Shown here: positions 8,044 through 16,477 of the stretch, one piece after another | Layout of the letters: the number at the start of each line of letters is the position of its first letter | Position numbering within the stretch: the stretch's first letter is position 1 | Assembly (NCBI GenBank): GCA_031411295.1 | Contig: JANOAV010000208.1 | Coordinates: forward strand, 1-59,444 | DNA from: Verrucomicrobiales bacterium | GTDB lineage: Bacteria; Verrucomicrobiota; Verrucomicrobiia; Verrucomicrobiales; V1-33 | Direction of reading: 5' to 3' | DNA: 59,444 bases | The notes under the pieces: generated by a model | Told to the model about the DNA's origin: nothing | Database searches by the model: none | The model's input: the letters and a program-made list of their open reading frames with translations, nothing else | Program-made: the position numbers and the translations under genes

Positions 8044-10675
8044 CCTGCTACGTTTTGATTCACCCCTGGCAACCCGCCCCGAATACACCGGAGGAAAAGG
8101 TGCCAACCTGGCCTTGCTAACTTCCGGCGGTTTCAAGGTGCCGCAGGGTTTCCTGGTCATTGCGGCAGTCTACCGCGCCTGGCTGGATGCCGTGGTCGGT
8201 TGGCGCGAAGTCGTGCAGCAACTACCCTGCCATGATCCGGCCGCCCTAGCCGAGGCCGCCCGTCGCTGGCGCGAGCAATTGACTACCGTGCCGCTCCCTG
8301 CGGCCGTGGCGGCTGAAATCACGGAGGCGGTGCAGTCATTCCCCGCTGGCACCTGCTTCGCAGTGCGATCCTCCTCCACCATGGAAGACCTGGCGCAGGC
8401 AGCCTTTGCCGGGCAGCATGATACGTTCCTGAATTGTTGCGGGGCGGAGCGCGTGGTGGCAGCAGTGCGGGATTGTTTCGTTTCCCTCTGGCATGACCGC
8501 GCCATCGCCTATCGCCATCAACAGGGGTGTGATCACAGCGCTGCTAACATGGCGGTGGTGGTGCAGGAAATGGTGAACTGCGACGTAGCTGGCGTGGCCT
8601 TCAGCATCAATCCCATCACGGGGGATCTCACCACGGCAGTGATCGATGCCAACTATGGTCTCGGTGAATCAGTGGTCAGCGGCGGGTGTGCGGTGGACCA
8701 TTGGGAGGTCGAGAAAAGCAGTGGGGCGGTGTTGTCCTGCACGATTGCCTGCAAAACCATGCGCACCGTTTGCGCGACTGGCGGAGGGGTGGCAGACGAG
8801 GCACTGGATGATGCCGCAGGGGCTGCGCCTTCCTTGACAACCGATGAGGTGGCGGCAGTCACGGAATTGCTGCGGCGGGTCGAAGCTTGGTTTCGCTTTC
8901 CCCAGGATATCGAATGGGGGCTGCTGGATCATCACTTGGTGGTGCTGCAATCACGTCCCATCACCACCATTCCTGCACGATGGACGCGCGACGAATCCGC
9001 GGAGCGTTTTCCCAATGTGGTTACCCCATTGACCTGGGATTTTGTGGAAAGCGGATTCCATCGCTCCATGGACTTTTCATTCCGCCTCATGGGTTTCCCG
9101 CCCTTCGGCGGCAAGTGGTTCGGGATGCATGGGCATTATATTTACGGCAATCAAAACGCCGTGGAAATCTATGCGCGACGGTTTCCCTTTGCGCTTAGTT
9201 CGCTGGAGGATCTGCCACGACTCATTCCCCAGCTGCGCGAAGAGTTCCGCTGGGTGCAGGAATTGCCCGTGCATTGGTCCCGGGATTTGGACTACTATCT
9301 GATGCGCCTGGGAGAGTTCAACGCCGAACCATTGGACGATAAATCCATCCCAGAACTCTGGAAGTTCGTGCAGGAGATCAATGAGCATGGCGCACAATAT
9401 TTCCTGCCTAACATCGCGATTTCCGTGACTCAGGGAGTGCTGTATCGCTTGCTGCAGTTTTTACTAAAAGAGCTGTTTGGAGCCGCCGAGGTGGCTCCGC
9501 TCATGGATGGCCTCCTGGCGTATTGCGAAACCAAGACGGGCGCCATCAATAAGGAACTCTACGAACTGGCGCAACTGGCACTGCAGGAACCACTGCTGGA
9601 AGCACGGTTGCGTGATCCGCGTGGCAGCCGCGCCTTGTGGGACAGTGGGGTGCTGACCACGGAACACGCATTATTTCATCAACGATTCCAGTTGTTAATG
9701 CGGGATCATGGTCATCGAGAAATGGACTTTGATCCCTATCATCCGCTGTGGGCCGAAGTGCCCTGGGTGGTGCTGGATCAGATTCGCCTTATCCTCGATG
9801 CCCCGGGGGATCTAACCCCGTCCCAGCGCGAACGGGAACTCAAGGTGCGATCGCAAGCAGCTGAGTTCGCCCTGTTCCAACGACTGCCGCAAGACTTGCA
9901 TTTCTTCCTTTATGAAGTCATCCGCCTCGCCCGAGTCTATACTGGCCTGGACGACTTGGAGCATTATCAGACCACCCGGCTGGCCCAGCCACTCCGCAAG
10001 GGGCTGAAGATGCTCGGTCAGCGTTTGGTGCAGAGGGGAATATTGTCTGAACCCATGGACATATTCTTTGCCAGGGAGGCCGACATCAGCGCAGCGGTGG
10101 CCGCGGATGACCCACTGCGTTGGGCGGAACTAACTACTGCGATCTCCACCGCCAAGGCTTCGTGGGAGGATGCCCGGCACCGCACGCCCGGTTGGTGTCC
10201 TGACGCTCCCCCAACAGAATGCGTCGTCTCTGAACCCGGCAGTGAGCTTGCGGGTCTGCCGGGAAGTCCCGGCGTCATCACCGGCCGGGTGTTCGTCGTT
10301 TCCGGTCCGCAGGACTTTGCACTATTTCCACGTGGAGCCGTGCTAGTGGCGCGCACCACCAACCCCGCTTGGACGCCATTATTTTATGCCGCCAGTGCCG
10401 TCATCACGGAAAGCGGAGGCCCGCTCTCTCATGGGGCCGTGACGGCCAGGGAAATGCGCATTCCTGCGGTCATGTCGGTGCGTCAATGTCTGTCGCGCCT
10501 CACGACAGGCAGCCTGGTGCAGGTGGATGGAACCAAGGGAACAGTAGTGTTAGTGCAAACGGAGGAGACGCCTGCGATCCCGCAGCCCATTCCGATTGTG
10601 CAGCGCAGGGTGCCGACTGCCGGAGCAATTGAAAAAAAGCGCACTTCACCTGTAACCATTTGCGCGGGTTCCTGA
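8036..10675 (+). CDS. PEP-utilizing dikinase-family enzyme with ATP-grasp, substrate and phospho-His swivel domains (RPH/PigC architecture)
   Basis: N-terminal GGKGANLA, VPQGF, AVRSS..ED..AFAGQHDT, GLGESVVSG, PQDIEW and LQSRPIT. C-terminal TNPAWTP and GGPLSHGAVTAREMRIPAV. 8-nt overlap with the upstream gene. Confidence 0.9.
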   Translation: MNNLLRFDSPLATRPEYTGGKGANLALLTSGGFKVPQGFLVIAAVYRAWLDAVVGWREVVQQLPCHDPAALAEAARRWREQLTTVPLPAAVAAEITEAVQSFPAGTCFAVRSSSTMEDLAQAAFAGQHDTFLNCCGAERVVAAVRDCFVSLWHDRAIAYRHQQGCDHSAANMAVVVQEMVNCDVAGVAFSINPITGDLTTAVIDANYGLGESVVSGGCAVDHWEVEKSSGAVLSCTIACKTMRTVCATGGGVADEALDDAAGAAPSLTTDEVAAVTELLRRVEAWFRFPQDIEWGLLDHHLVVLQSRPITTIPARWTRDESAERFPNVVTPLTWDFVESGFHRSMDFSFRLMGFPPFGGKWFGMHGHYIYGNQNAVEIYARRFPFALSSLEDLPRLIPQLREEFRWVQELPVHWSRDLDYYLMRLGEFNAEPLDDKSIPELWKFVQEINEHGAQYFLPNIAISVTQGVLYRLLQFLLKELFGAAEVAPLMDGLLAYCETKTGAINKELYELAQLALQEPLLEARLRDPRGSRALWDSGVLTTEHALFHQRFQLLMRDHGHREMDFDPYHPLWAEVPWVVLDQIRLILDAPGDLTPSQRERELKVRSQAAEFALFQRLPQDLHFFLYEVIRLARVYTGLDDLEHYQTTRLAQPLRKGLKMLGQRLVQRGILSEPMDIFFAREADISAAVAADDPLRWAELTTAISTAKASWEDARHRTPGWCPDAPPTECVVSEPGSELAGLPGSPGVITGRVFVVSGPQDFALFPRGAVLVARTTNPAWTPLFYAASAVITESGGPLSHGAVTAREMRIPAVMSVRQCLSRLTTGSLVQVDGTKGTVVLVQTEETPAIPQPIPIVQRRVPTAGAIEKKRTSPVTICAGS

Positions 10676-10751
10676 TTTCCCCTGTGACCGAGTGCGGCCC
10701 CAGGCCGGATTCGATTCACGATCACACTATAACCATCACTATCACTACCTT

Positions 10752-11663
10752 ATGAAACTATCATACAAATCCTCCTGTCTGGCTGTGGCGACCGCCATTT
10801 GCCTTACCACTATAAACGCCACCGCAGCCGTCTTCAGCGGACTGTATTCCTTTGGCGACAGCCTGAGTGACTCCGGCAATACCAACCTCGCCACCAGCGG
10901 AGCCTTACCCGGGGCTGGCTACGACAACGGCCATTACTCCAACGGTCGAGTCTGGGTCGAGTATGTCGCTAGAAATTTTGGCATGACTACACCGACTCCG
11001 AGCCTCTTGGGCGGAACCAATTCCGCATGGGCCGGGGCCTACACCCTCACGGGAGGATCCGTCCCCACCATCACACAGCAAGTGGGCATGTTCACTGGCG
11101 GCGGCGGCTCGTTTCTGCCCACGGATATGGTAACACTTTGGGGTGGGGCCAATGATTTCCTGCTGGGCGGCCAGACCAATCCGCTCATCCCTGCAGCAAA
11201 TATTGCCAACATCATCCCGTTGCTGGCGAATGCCGGAGCCAAGACCATTGTGTTGCCCAATCTGCCGGATCTGGGAGACACTCCCGCGTTGCTCTCAACG
11301 GGAGATCCTGCCTCCATTCTGGGCGCCAGCATGTGGACGCAAGGGTTCAACGCCAGTTTGTTCAGTCAAATCCCAACCCTGGAAGCGACTTACGGCATCG
11401 ACATTATTCCAATCGACGTTTATGCCTTGGGCAAGCAGTTGAAGGCCAATCCTGCGTTGTATGGCTTCACCAATACCACGGATGGCGCTCTGCTCACCGG
11501 GAATGCGGCCAACGCCGCACAGTATCTGTATTGGGACAGCGTTCACCCCACGACTGCAGTCCATGAAATGTTTGCCGGACTAGTCCCAGAGCCCAGTGGC
11601 GCGGTCCTGGTCTTTATGTTCGCAGCGGGTGCGTCTCTACGGAGGCACCGCCGCGCAGCTTAA
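10752..11663 (+). CDS. SGNH/GDSL hydrolase with PEP-CTERM sorting signal
   Basis: Signal peptide, FGDSLSDSGN, GGANDF and WDSVHPT. C-terminus has VPEPS, a hydrophobic helix and RRHRR. Confidence 0.92.
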   Translation: MKLSYKSSCLAVATAICLTTINATAAVFSGLYSFGDSLSDSGNTNLATSGALPGAGYDNGHYSNGRVWVEYVARNFGMTTPTPSLLGGTNSAWAGAYTLTGGSVPTITQQVGMFTGGGGSFLPTDMVTLWGGANDFLLGGQTNPLIPAANIANIIPLLANAGAKTIVLPNLPDLGDTPALLSTGDPASILGASMWTQGFNASLFSQIPTLEATYGIDIIPIDVYALGKQLKANPALYGFTNTTDGALLTGNAANAAQYLYWDSVHPTTAVHEMFAGLVPEPSGAVLVFMFAAGASLRRHRRAA

Positions 11664-11838
11664 AGCAAGCCTCAGCTCGACAAATGCCCCACACACAAAT
11701 CAACTTCCAACCACGGGTGGTCCGCGTTGCCCTCGCCTCGCTAAATCAGTGGACCTTTGCCCGCATGGGTTTGACTCGAGCCATGCTGAACCCATTCATT
11801 GAAGTGAGCCCCTGTGATTTTCCATGAATTATACAAAA

Positions 11839-11930
11839 TGGCGGAAGGAGTGGGATTCGAACCCACGGTGAGTTTAACCCCACGTCCGATTTCGAGTCGG
11901 GTGCCTTAAACCGGGCTCAGCCATCCTTCC
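11839..11930 (-). tRNA. tRNA-Ser(CGA)
   Basis: Reverse complement reads GGAAGGATGGCTGAG..CCGA-CTCGAAA-TCGG, a long variable arm, then GGTTCGAATCCCACTCCTTCCGCCA. CCA is encoded. Confidence 0.95.
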
Positions 11931-12028
11931 GTTGCGGCCCGGTTGGGAGTGTTACTTGCTGCAAGGGGTTTCGTAAAGCAGATTTGTCGTGAATTCATGG
12001 CTCTAGGTGCACGGATGGGGTGGGGAAT

Positions 12029-12382
12029 TCAGGAAAGGCGTCTGATGAGTCGGCGCATGACGCCTTGGATGAGCAGGTTGGAAGCAGGCAAGGCTTGCTG
12101 TGTCAGGGGATGGGCGGTTAGGAGCCAGGCCTTGCCCCGTTCCACGCGATAAACTCGCACAAGGCTTTCGTTGTGCATCAGGGCGGCCACGATGTCGTTG
12201 GATTTTGGGGGGATGCCGTTTTCGAAGATTAAGACGTCGCCTGGCAGGATGTGCCGCTCTTCCATGGCATCGTCCTGGACTTGCAGCGCGAAGGTGCGCG
12301 GGGTGGGCCGAAAACCCAGGGTGTCCAAGCTAATCTGCGTGCAGGGCTTTAGGGTCAGGGTGGGTTGCGGATGGGATTTCAT
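12029..12382 (-). CDS. LexA/UmuD-like S24 domain protein, no HTH, catalytic Ser and Lys substituted
   Basis: TFALQVQDDAM..ILPGDVLI..DIVAALMHNESLVRVY..IQGVM matches the LexA C-terminal domain pattern (FxLxVxGDSM..GD..IVVA..TVKR..I.G). Confidence 0.8.
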   Translation of the reverse strand: MKSHPQPTLTLKPCTQISLDTLGFRPTPRTFALQVQDDAMEERHILPGDVLIFENGIPPKSNDIVAALMHNESLVRVYRVERGKAWLLTAHPLTQQALPASNLLIQGVMRRLIRRLS

Positions 12383-12395
12383 GAGGAATGGAGAC

Positions 12396-12409
12396 TGTTC
12401 TTTAGAACA
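12396..12409. promoter_or_regulatory. Verrucomicrobia-type LexA box TGTTC-TTTA-GAACA
   Basis: Exact match to TGTTC-N4-GAACA, extending to CTGTTC..GAACAG. It lies 13 nt upstream of the S24 gene ATG. Confidence 0.85.
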
Positions 12410-12435
12410 GTATTCAATGAAACAAATTTCGTCAA
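12407..12435 (-). promoter_or_regulatory. Sigma70 promoter TTGACG-N17-TACTGT overlapping the LexA box
   Basis: On the minus strand the -35 is at 12435-12430 and the -10 at 12412-12407, with a 17-nt spacer. Confidence 0.7.
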
Positions 12436-12559
12436 CCTCGATCACACCGCGTTCGATTTTGGCAACAATCCGGCCTCAACTGCTTCTGACCCAACGCTCG
12501 CTTTACTCTTCAAAATTCTCGCTTAGGCATTGCTCGCATCTCTTCTGCAAATTTCCTTT

Positions 12560-13708
12560 ATGCCTGCGACTGTCGCTACCCAATTTTTCCATCATCGCGC
12601 TCCGTTCGTGCTTCGCACGGAGGAGTCGCTCCCCGAGTTCACCCTGGCTTATGAGACCTACGGCACGCTCAATGCGGATGGTAGTAATGCGATCCTGCTT
12701 TTCCATGCCCTGACGGGCAGTCAGCATGCCTCAGGGATGAATACTGGCATTGAGGGGATCGGGGGGAGGTGGACGTCCGAGTGCCATTTGGGCTGGTGGG
12801 ATTTGTTTATTGGTCCGAAGCGGGCCTTGGACACGAATAAATATTTCATTATCTGCGCGAACTATCTGGGCGGCTGTTACGGCAGCACTGGACCCAGTTC
12901 CCTAAATCCACTGACTGGAAAAGCTTACGGGGCTCATTTTCCCACCTTGCGTCTGGCAGACATTGTTGACGCCCAGATGAAGCTGGTGGAGAGTCTTGGC
13001 ATTACGAAGTTGCACGCCACGGTCGGGGCCTCTGTGGGAGGTCTGATGGCGCTGAGTTTGGCCACGAGGTATCCGGATCGGGTGCAGAACATCATCAGCA
13101 TTGGCAGTGGTTACCAGACGTCCATGCTCCAGCGGATCCATAATTTTGAGCAGATCTTTGCCATTGAATCCGACCCGCATTTTTTGGGCGGCAACTATTA
13201 TGACGGAAACCCGCCGAATGCCGGCTTGTCGCTTGCGCGGATGATTGGTCACAAGACGTTCGTCTCCCCGCATACGCTGGCCCAGCGTGCCAACAGTCAG
13301 ATCCGCAATGCTCAGGATAATCTTGGCTGGTATGAACTGAGTAATGGCGTGGAAAGTTACATGCTGCATCAGGGGCGGAAATTCGAAACGCGCTTCGATG
13401 CCAATACCTACCTCCGGATCCTTGACGCCTGGCAGTGGTTCGATCTGCTGAAGGAGGCTGAGGTGGATTCTTACGAGGAACTCTTCCTTGCCTGTCGCGA
13501 CCAACGCTATCTCATCTTCAGTATCGATAGCGATGTCTGCTTCTACCCGGCCGAGCAAGCCGCGCTGGAAAAGCTCTTGAGCGACAACCAGGTGCCCAAT
13601 ACTCATATCACCGTGCATTCCGAAAAGGGGCATGATTCCTTCCTGCTGGAGCCGCTGCTCTACTATCCGCACTTGGCCTATGCGTTGGGGGATGGTTGGT
13701 TCCCATAG
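12560..13708 (+). CDS. metX: Homoserine O-acyltransferase (MetX family)
   Basis: LAYETYGTLN, HALTG, GWWD..IGP, GGCYGSTGPSS, GASVGG nucleophile, RFDANTY and GHDSFLLE. Confidence 0.92.
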   Translation: MPATVATQFFHHRAPFVLRTEESLPEFTLAYETYGTLNADGSNAILLFHALTGSQHASGMNTGIEGIGGRWTSECHLGWWDLFIGPKRALDTNKYFIICANYLGGCYGSTGPSSLNPLTGKAYGAHFPTLRLADIVDAQMKLVESLGITKLHATVGASVGGLMALSLATRYPDRVQNIISIGSGYQTSMLQRIHNFEQIFAIESDPHFLGGNYYDGNPPNAGLSLARMIGHKTFVSPHTLAQRANSQIRNAQDNLGWYELSNGVESYMLHQGRKFETRFDANTYLRILDAWQWFDLLKEAEVDSYEELFLACRDQRYLIFSIDSDVCFYPAEQAALEKLLSDNQVPNTHITVHSEKGHDSFLLEPLLYYPHLAYALGDGWFP

Positions 13709-13939
13709 CGCCAGCGCACCTGAATGTTTGTGGCTTGGCCATCGCGTCAATATGAGACTCGTCTGCCCCGCCCGGCAAGCTAGACGTGGACATGCGCCAA
13801 AGATGGTTTCCAGCACGGCCCCCTAAGCTTGGGTAAGACACCGTGCTGAATTCCCCCGTTTTTTTGAAAGAAGTGCGTTTCGTGCTTGCTGGTAGGTGCG
13901 GGCTGCGCTAAGAGAGATTTCTTCCGTTAGCGGAAAGAA

Positions 13940-14012
13940 GGGGGTTTAGCTCAGTTGGTAGAGCGCTTCGTTCGCAATGAAGAGGTCAGGAGTTCGAATC
14001 TCCTAACCTCCA
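13940..14012 (+). tRNA. tRNA-Ala(CGC)
   Basis: GGGGGTT/AACCTCC acceptor stem with G3:U70, anticodon arm CTTCG-TTCGCAA-TGAAG, T-loop TTCGAAT. CCA is not encoded. Confidence 0.95.
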
Positions 14013-14040
14013 CTTCTTCCAAGTCTGATCCGCATCCTGC

Positions 14041-15705
14041 TTACTTCGGCTCCTTGAGTTTTACCAAGCGCAAGGTTTTGGTATCAAACCACAGTTGGCC
14101 TTTGCTGGCGCGCAATTCGGCTACGAGTTCCACTTGGCGCTCGGCATCCACGCTGAATTCATACTGAAGCGGAGACCAGTTTCCCGTGCCCTGTTTCTTG
14201 TTCGTGCGGTTCTCGCCAGAGATACGCAGACCTCCACCGGTGCCCTTCTCCGTTTCCAGGGCCTTGAGATCCTTGCTCTTCGCTTTGCCTTCGAAACGAT
14301 AGTGGCCTGGGGCCAGCAGCACGCTGGTGCGCCAGGAGGCGATGGTTTCCTCACCCTCTCCGCAGCCAAGTAGCAGTAGCCTCGGCTTGCCTTCCTCGTT
14401 GATGTCTTCCAGTTGCGCTTCTCCAGTTTCCTGACGCGGCACCCAGTTGTCTAACTCCGCGTGACCTTGGTCATCGAACGCCAGCGGTTGTGGTTCAGGG
14501 GCATCGCTTTGCTCTTGCAGGTTGGAGGCCCGGGCGGTGATTCGCTCCAGCAGCTCCTGGACTCGTTCGTGGTGCTGCTTTTGGGCTTCTTCTCCCATGG
14601 ATTCCAAGGCAGGCTTCAGATTGGCGGCCGTGCTTAGCGCCTTCTTTTTCAAGCCATCCGGCGCAAACGATGGCAGGAGGCTCTTAATTTTCTCCCGATA
14701 TTTTTGTCGCCAAGCAGGATTCTGCATCACAGCGGTGGCCACCAACGCCTTGGGGGCGCTGAGGATGGAAGCCCCTGGGTCGCCAAACATTTGGTCCATT
14801 CCATGCGGCAGGAAATGGGCTCGGTTGTTGTCTCCCGGATCAAAATACACTCGGTAGTTATTCTGATTCAAACAATAGCCATCCCAATGTCCAGTCATGA
14901 ATTCCAAGGCCATGAAGGTGATGAAGGCATCAACATTTAGCAACGCTTCCAACCGAGGCCAGCGCTCGTCCAGTTGCTCCACGCGGCAAGCCTCCGCCAG
15001 GGCCGCAAGGTCGGAGCGATTCTCCGGACCCTTGCCCTCATCCCGATCCAATTCCCCATCCACATCATTGAGGAAGCCGCCATCGTAGAGATTTCCTTTG
15101 GAGTTAACGAAATGTTGTTTCAGAAAATTCTTATCGAACCCTTCCTTCACCACATACAGGCCCAGATCTTTCCCGTTCAACCACACGCGCGCGTGCGCCA
15201 CGCGCGGAGCGGGGATGCCTGCTTGGTTGAAGAGATGGGAGCAGAGGAGTTCGTGCAGATAGGTCTCGTCCTGGACGGAGTTGTTCAGATGAAATTTATC
15301 CAACCCATGGAACGACTGATCTTCGGTGAATCGATCCATGTTAATGGTAAACGCCGGGCGCTGGTCGATTTCCTGGAAACTTCCGGCGGCCCCTTTCAGC
15401 TTGATTGCTACGTCGGTAAAGGTCGTCTCCCCATTCTCCACGATTTTGCATTTCACATACGTCCTAGCATCCTTCTTGAGACTCTCAATTTCCGAAGGCG
15501 GTAGTTCCAGCTTCAGATTCGGGACGGAATCGGCGGCAAAGAATGCCGTGCTGGCTTCAGCCTTCTTGCTGCTGCCCTTATCCTTGGTCGGCTTGCTGTC
15601 ATCTTTGGCGAGAGCGGGCTGGATCAGTCCGCTAAGGATGATCGAGAGCAGGAAACACACGCCACCGCGGAGGTGGAAGCGAATGGAGGATCGGGTATTG
15701 GTCAT
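14041..15705 (-). CDS. CotH kinase family protein, probably secreted, with a C-terminal beta-rich domain
   Basis: VAIKLKG..GSF, LNNSVQD, GIPAPR, LGLYVVKE, GNLY, HWDGY..NNYRVY and LPHGMDQMF. Signal-peptide-like N-terminus; exact start uncertain. Confidence 0.88.
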   Translation of the reverse strand: MTNTRSSIRFHLRGGVCFLLSIILSGLIQPALAKDDSKPTKDKGSSKKAEASTAFFAADSVPNLKLELPPSEIESLKKDARTYVKCKIVENGETTFTDVAIKLKGAAGSFQEIDQRPAFTINMDRFTEDQSFHGLDKFHLNNSVQDETYLHELLCSHLFNQAGIPAPRVAHARVWLNGKDLGLYVVKEGFDKNFLKQHFVNSKGNLYDGGFLNDVDGELDRDEGKGPENRSDLAALAEACRVEQLDERWPRLEALLNVDAFITFMALEFMTGHWDGYCLNQNNYRVYFDPGDNNRAHFLPHGMDQMFGDPGASILSAPKALVATAVMQNPAWRQKYREKIKSLLPSFAPDGLKKKALSTAANLKPALESMGEEAQKQHHERVQELLERITARASNLQEQSDAPEPQPLAFDDQGHAELDNWVPRQETGEAQLEDINEEGKPRLLLLGCGEGEETIASWRTSVLLAPGHYRFEGKAKSKDLKALETEKGTGGGLRISGENRTNKKQGTGNWSPLQYEFSVDAERQVELVAELRASKGQLWFDTKTLRLVKLKEPK

Positions 15706-15855
15706 GGGCACCCTTGGAGGAAGATTGGCGGGTTTCAATCGCAGAAAATTAGCGATGGAGAAACCCGAACCTCGTGAATTGGAAAATTTTCGGTTGACCC
15801 AGAATAGAGCTGGAATTAAGACACATTTCGCTCAAGCAGCGGCAAAAACTCCAAG

Positions 15856-15927
15856 GCGCGGTTAGCTCAGTGGTAGAGCACCTCACTGACACTGAGGGGG
15901 TCACTGGTTCGAACCCAGTATCGCGTA
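15856..15927 (+). tRNA. tRNA-Val(GAC)
   Basis: TAGCTCAGTGGTAGAGC D-arm, anticodon arm CCTCA-CTGACAC-TGAGG, T-arm GGTTCGAACC. Confidence 0.95.
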
Positions 15928-15970
15928 TTATTTCTCCTATCAAAACAGCCACTGATCTTTCCTTCATCGC

Positions 15971-16477
15971 ATGCTGCCGGACGAAATTTCTGAAGATGAA
16001 TGGCTCCGACGTAGAGTGATGTTGGCTGCTGAAGGCTACGCAGAACTCAACCTCTGGGAATTCGCCTGGGAAGAATTGCAGGGACTGCCGCTGCGGGATC
16101 AGGAACGCCCGGAAGTGCGGGAGGCCTGCCTGGCCTTATTGATGAAACAAGCCCGCTGGGAGGAGGCGATCGCACTTGGCCAGTTGCTGTGCCGCCAATG
16201 CCCAGACTTGCCAGCCGCGTTCATCCACACGGCGTTCTGTTATCATGAAACGGGAATGACCATGGAGGCGTTAAAGACGCTGAGATCAGGCCCCAATTCG
16301 CTACAGCAGGAAGGGTTGTATCACTACAACTGTGCGTGTTATCTGGCCGTGTTAGGCCATGCCGATGAAGCCCGGGATTTGCTGCGCACAGCCTTCGCGT
16401 TGGATGATTCGCTCCAAGAAAATGCCCGCACCGATCCTGATTTACAGAGTCTGCGGGGAAAGACGGATGCAGATTAA
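15971..16477 (+). CDS. Small TPR-like protein
   Basis: AEGYAEL and the C-terminal TPR-type motif HYNCACYLAVLG..EARDLLRTAF..ARTDPDL. Confidence 0.75.
   Translation: MLPDEISEDEWLRRRVMLAAEGYAELNLWEFAWEELQGLPLRDQERPEVREACLALLMKQARWEEAIALGQLLCRQCPDLPAAFIHTAFCYHETGMTMEALKTLRSGPNSLQQEGLYHYNCACYLAVLGHADEARDLLRTAFALDDSLQENARTDPDLQSLRGKTDAD

Noticed and set aside
8036..10675. Annotation as PEP synthase (ppsA) or as a rifampin resistance gene (rph)
   Set aside because: It lacks the C-terminal pyruvate-binding barrel of PpsA/PPDK. RPH architecture alone does not show rifampin specificity, and the neighbours are lipid enzymes.
1..11838. Genomic island integrated at the 3' end of tRNA-Ser
   Set aside because: I saw no integrase and no duplicated tRNA 3' end in the window. 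It cannot be excluded beyond the left edge.
12436..12559. SAM riboswitch upstream of metX
   Set aside because: I could not recognise SAM-riboswitch consensus elements or a terminator in this short region.
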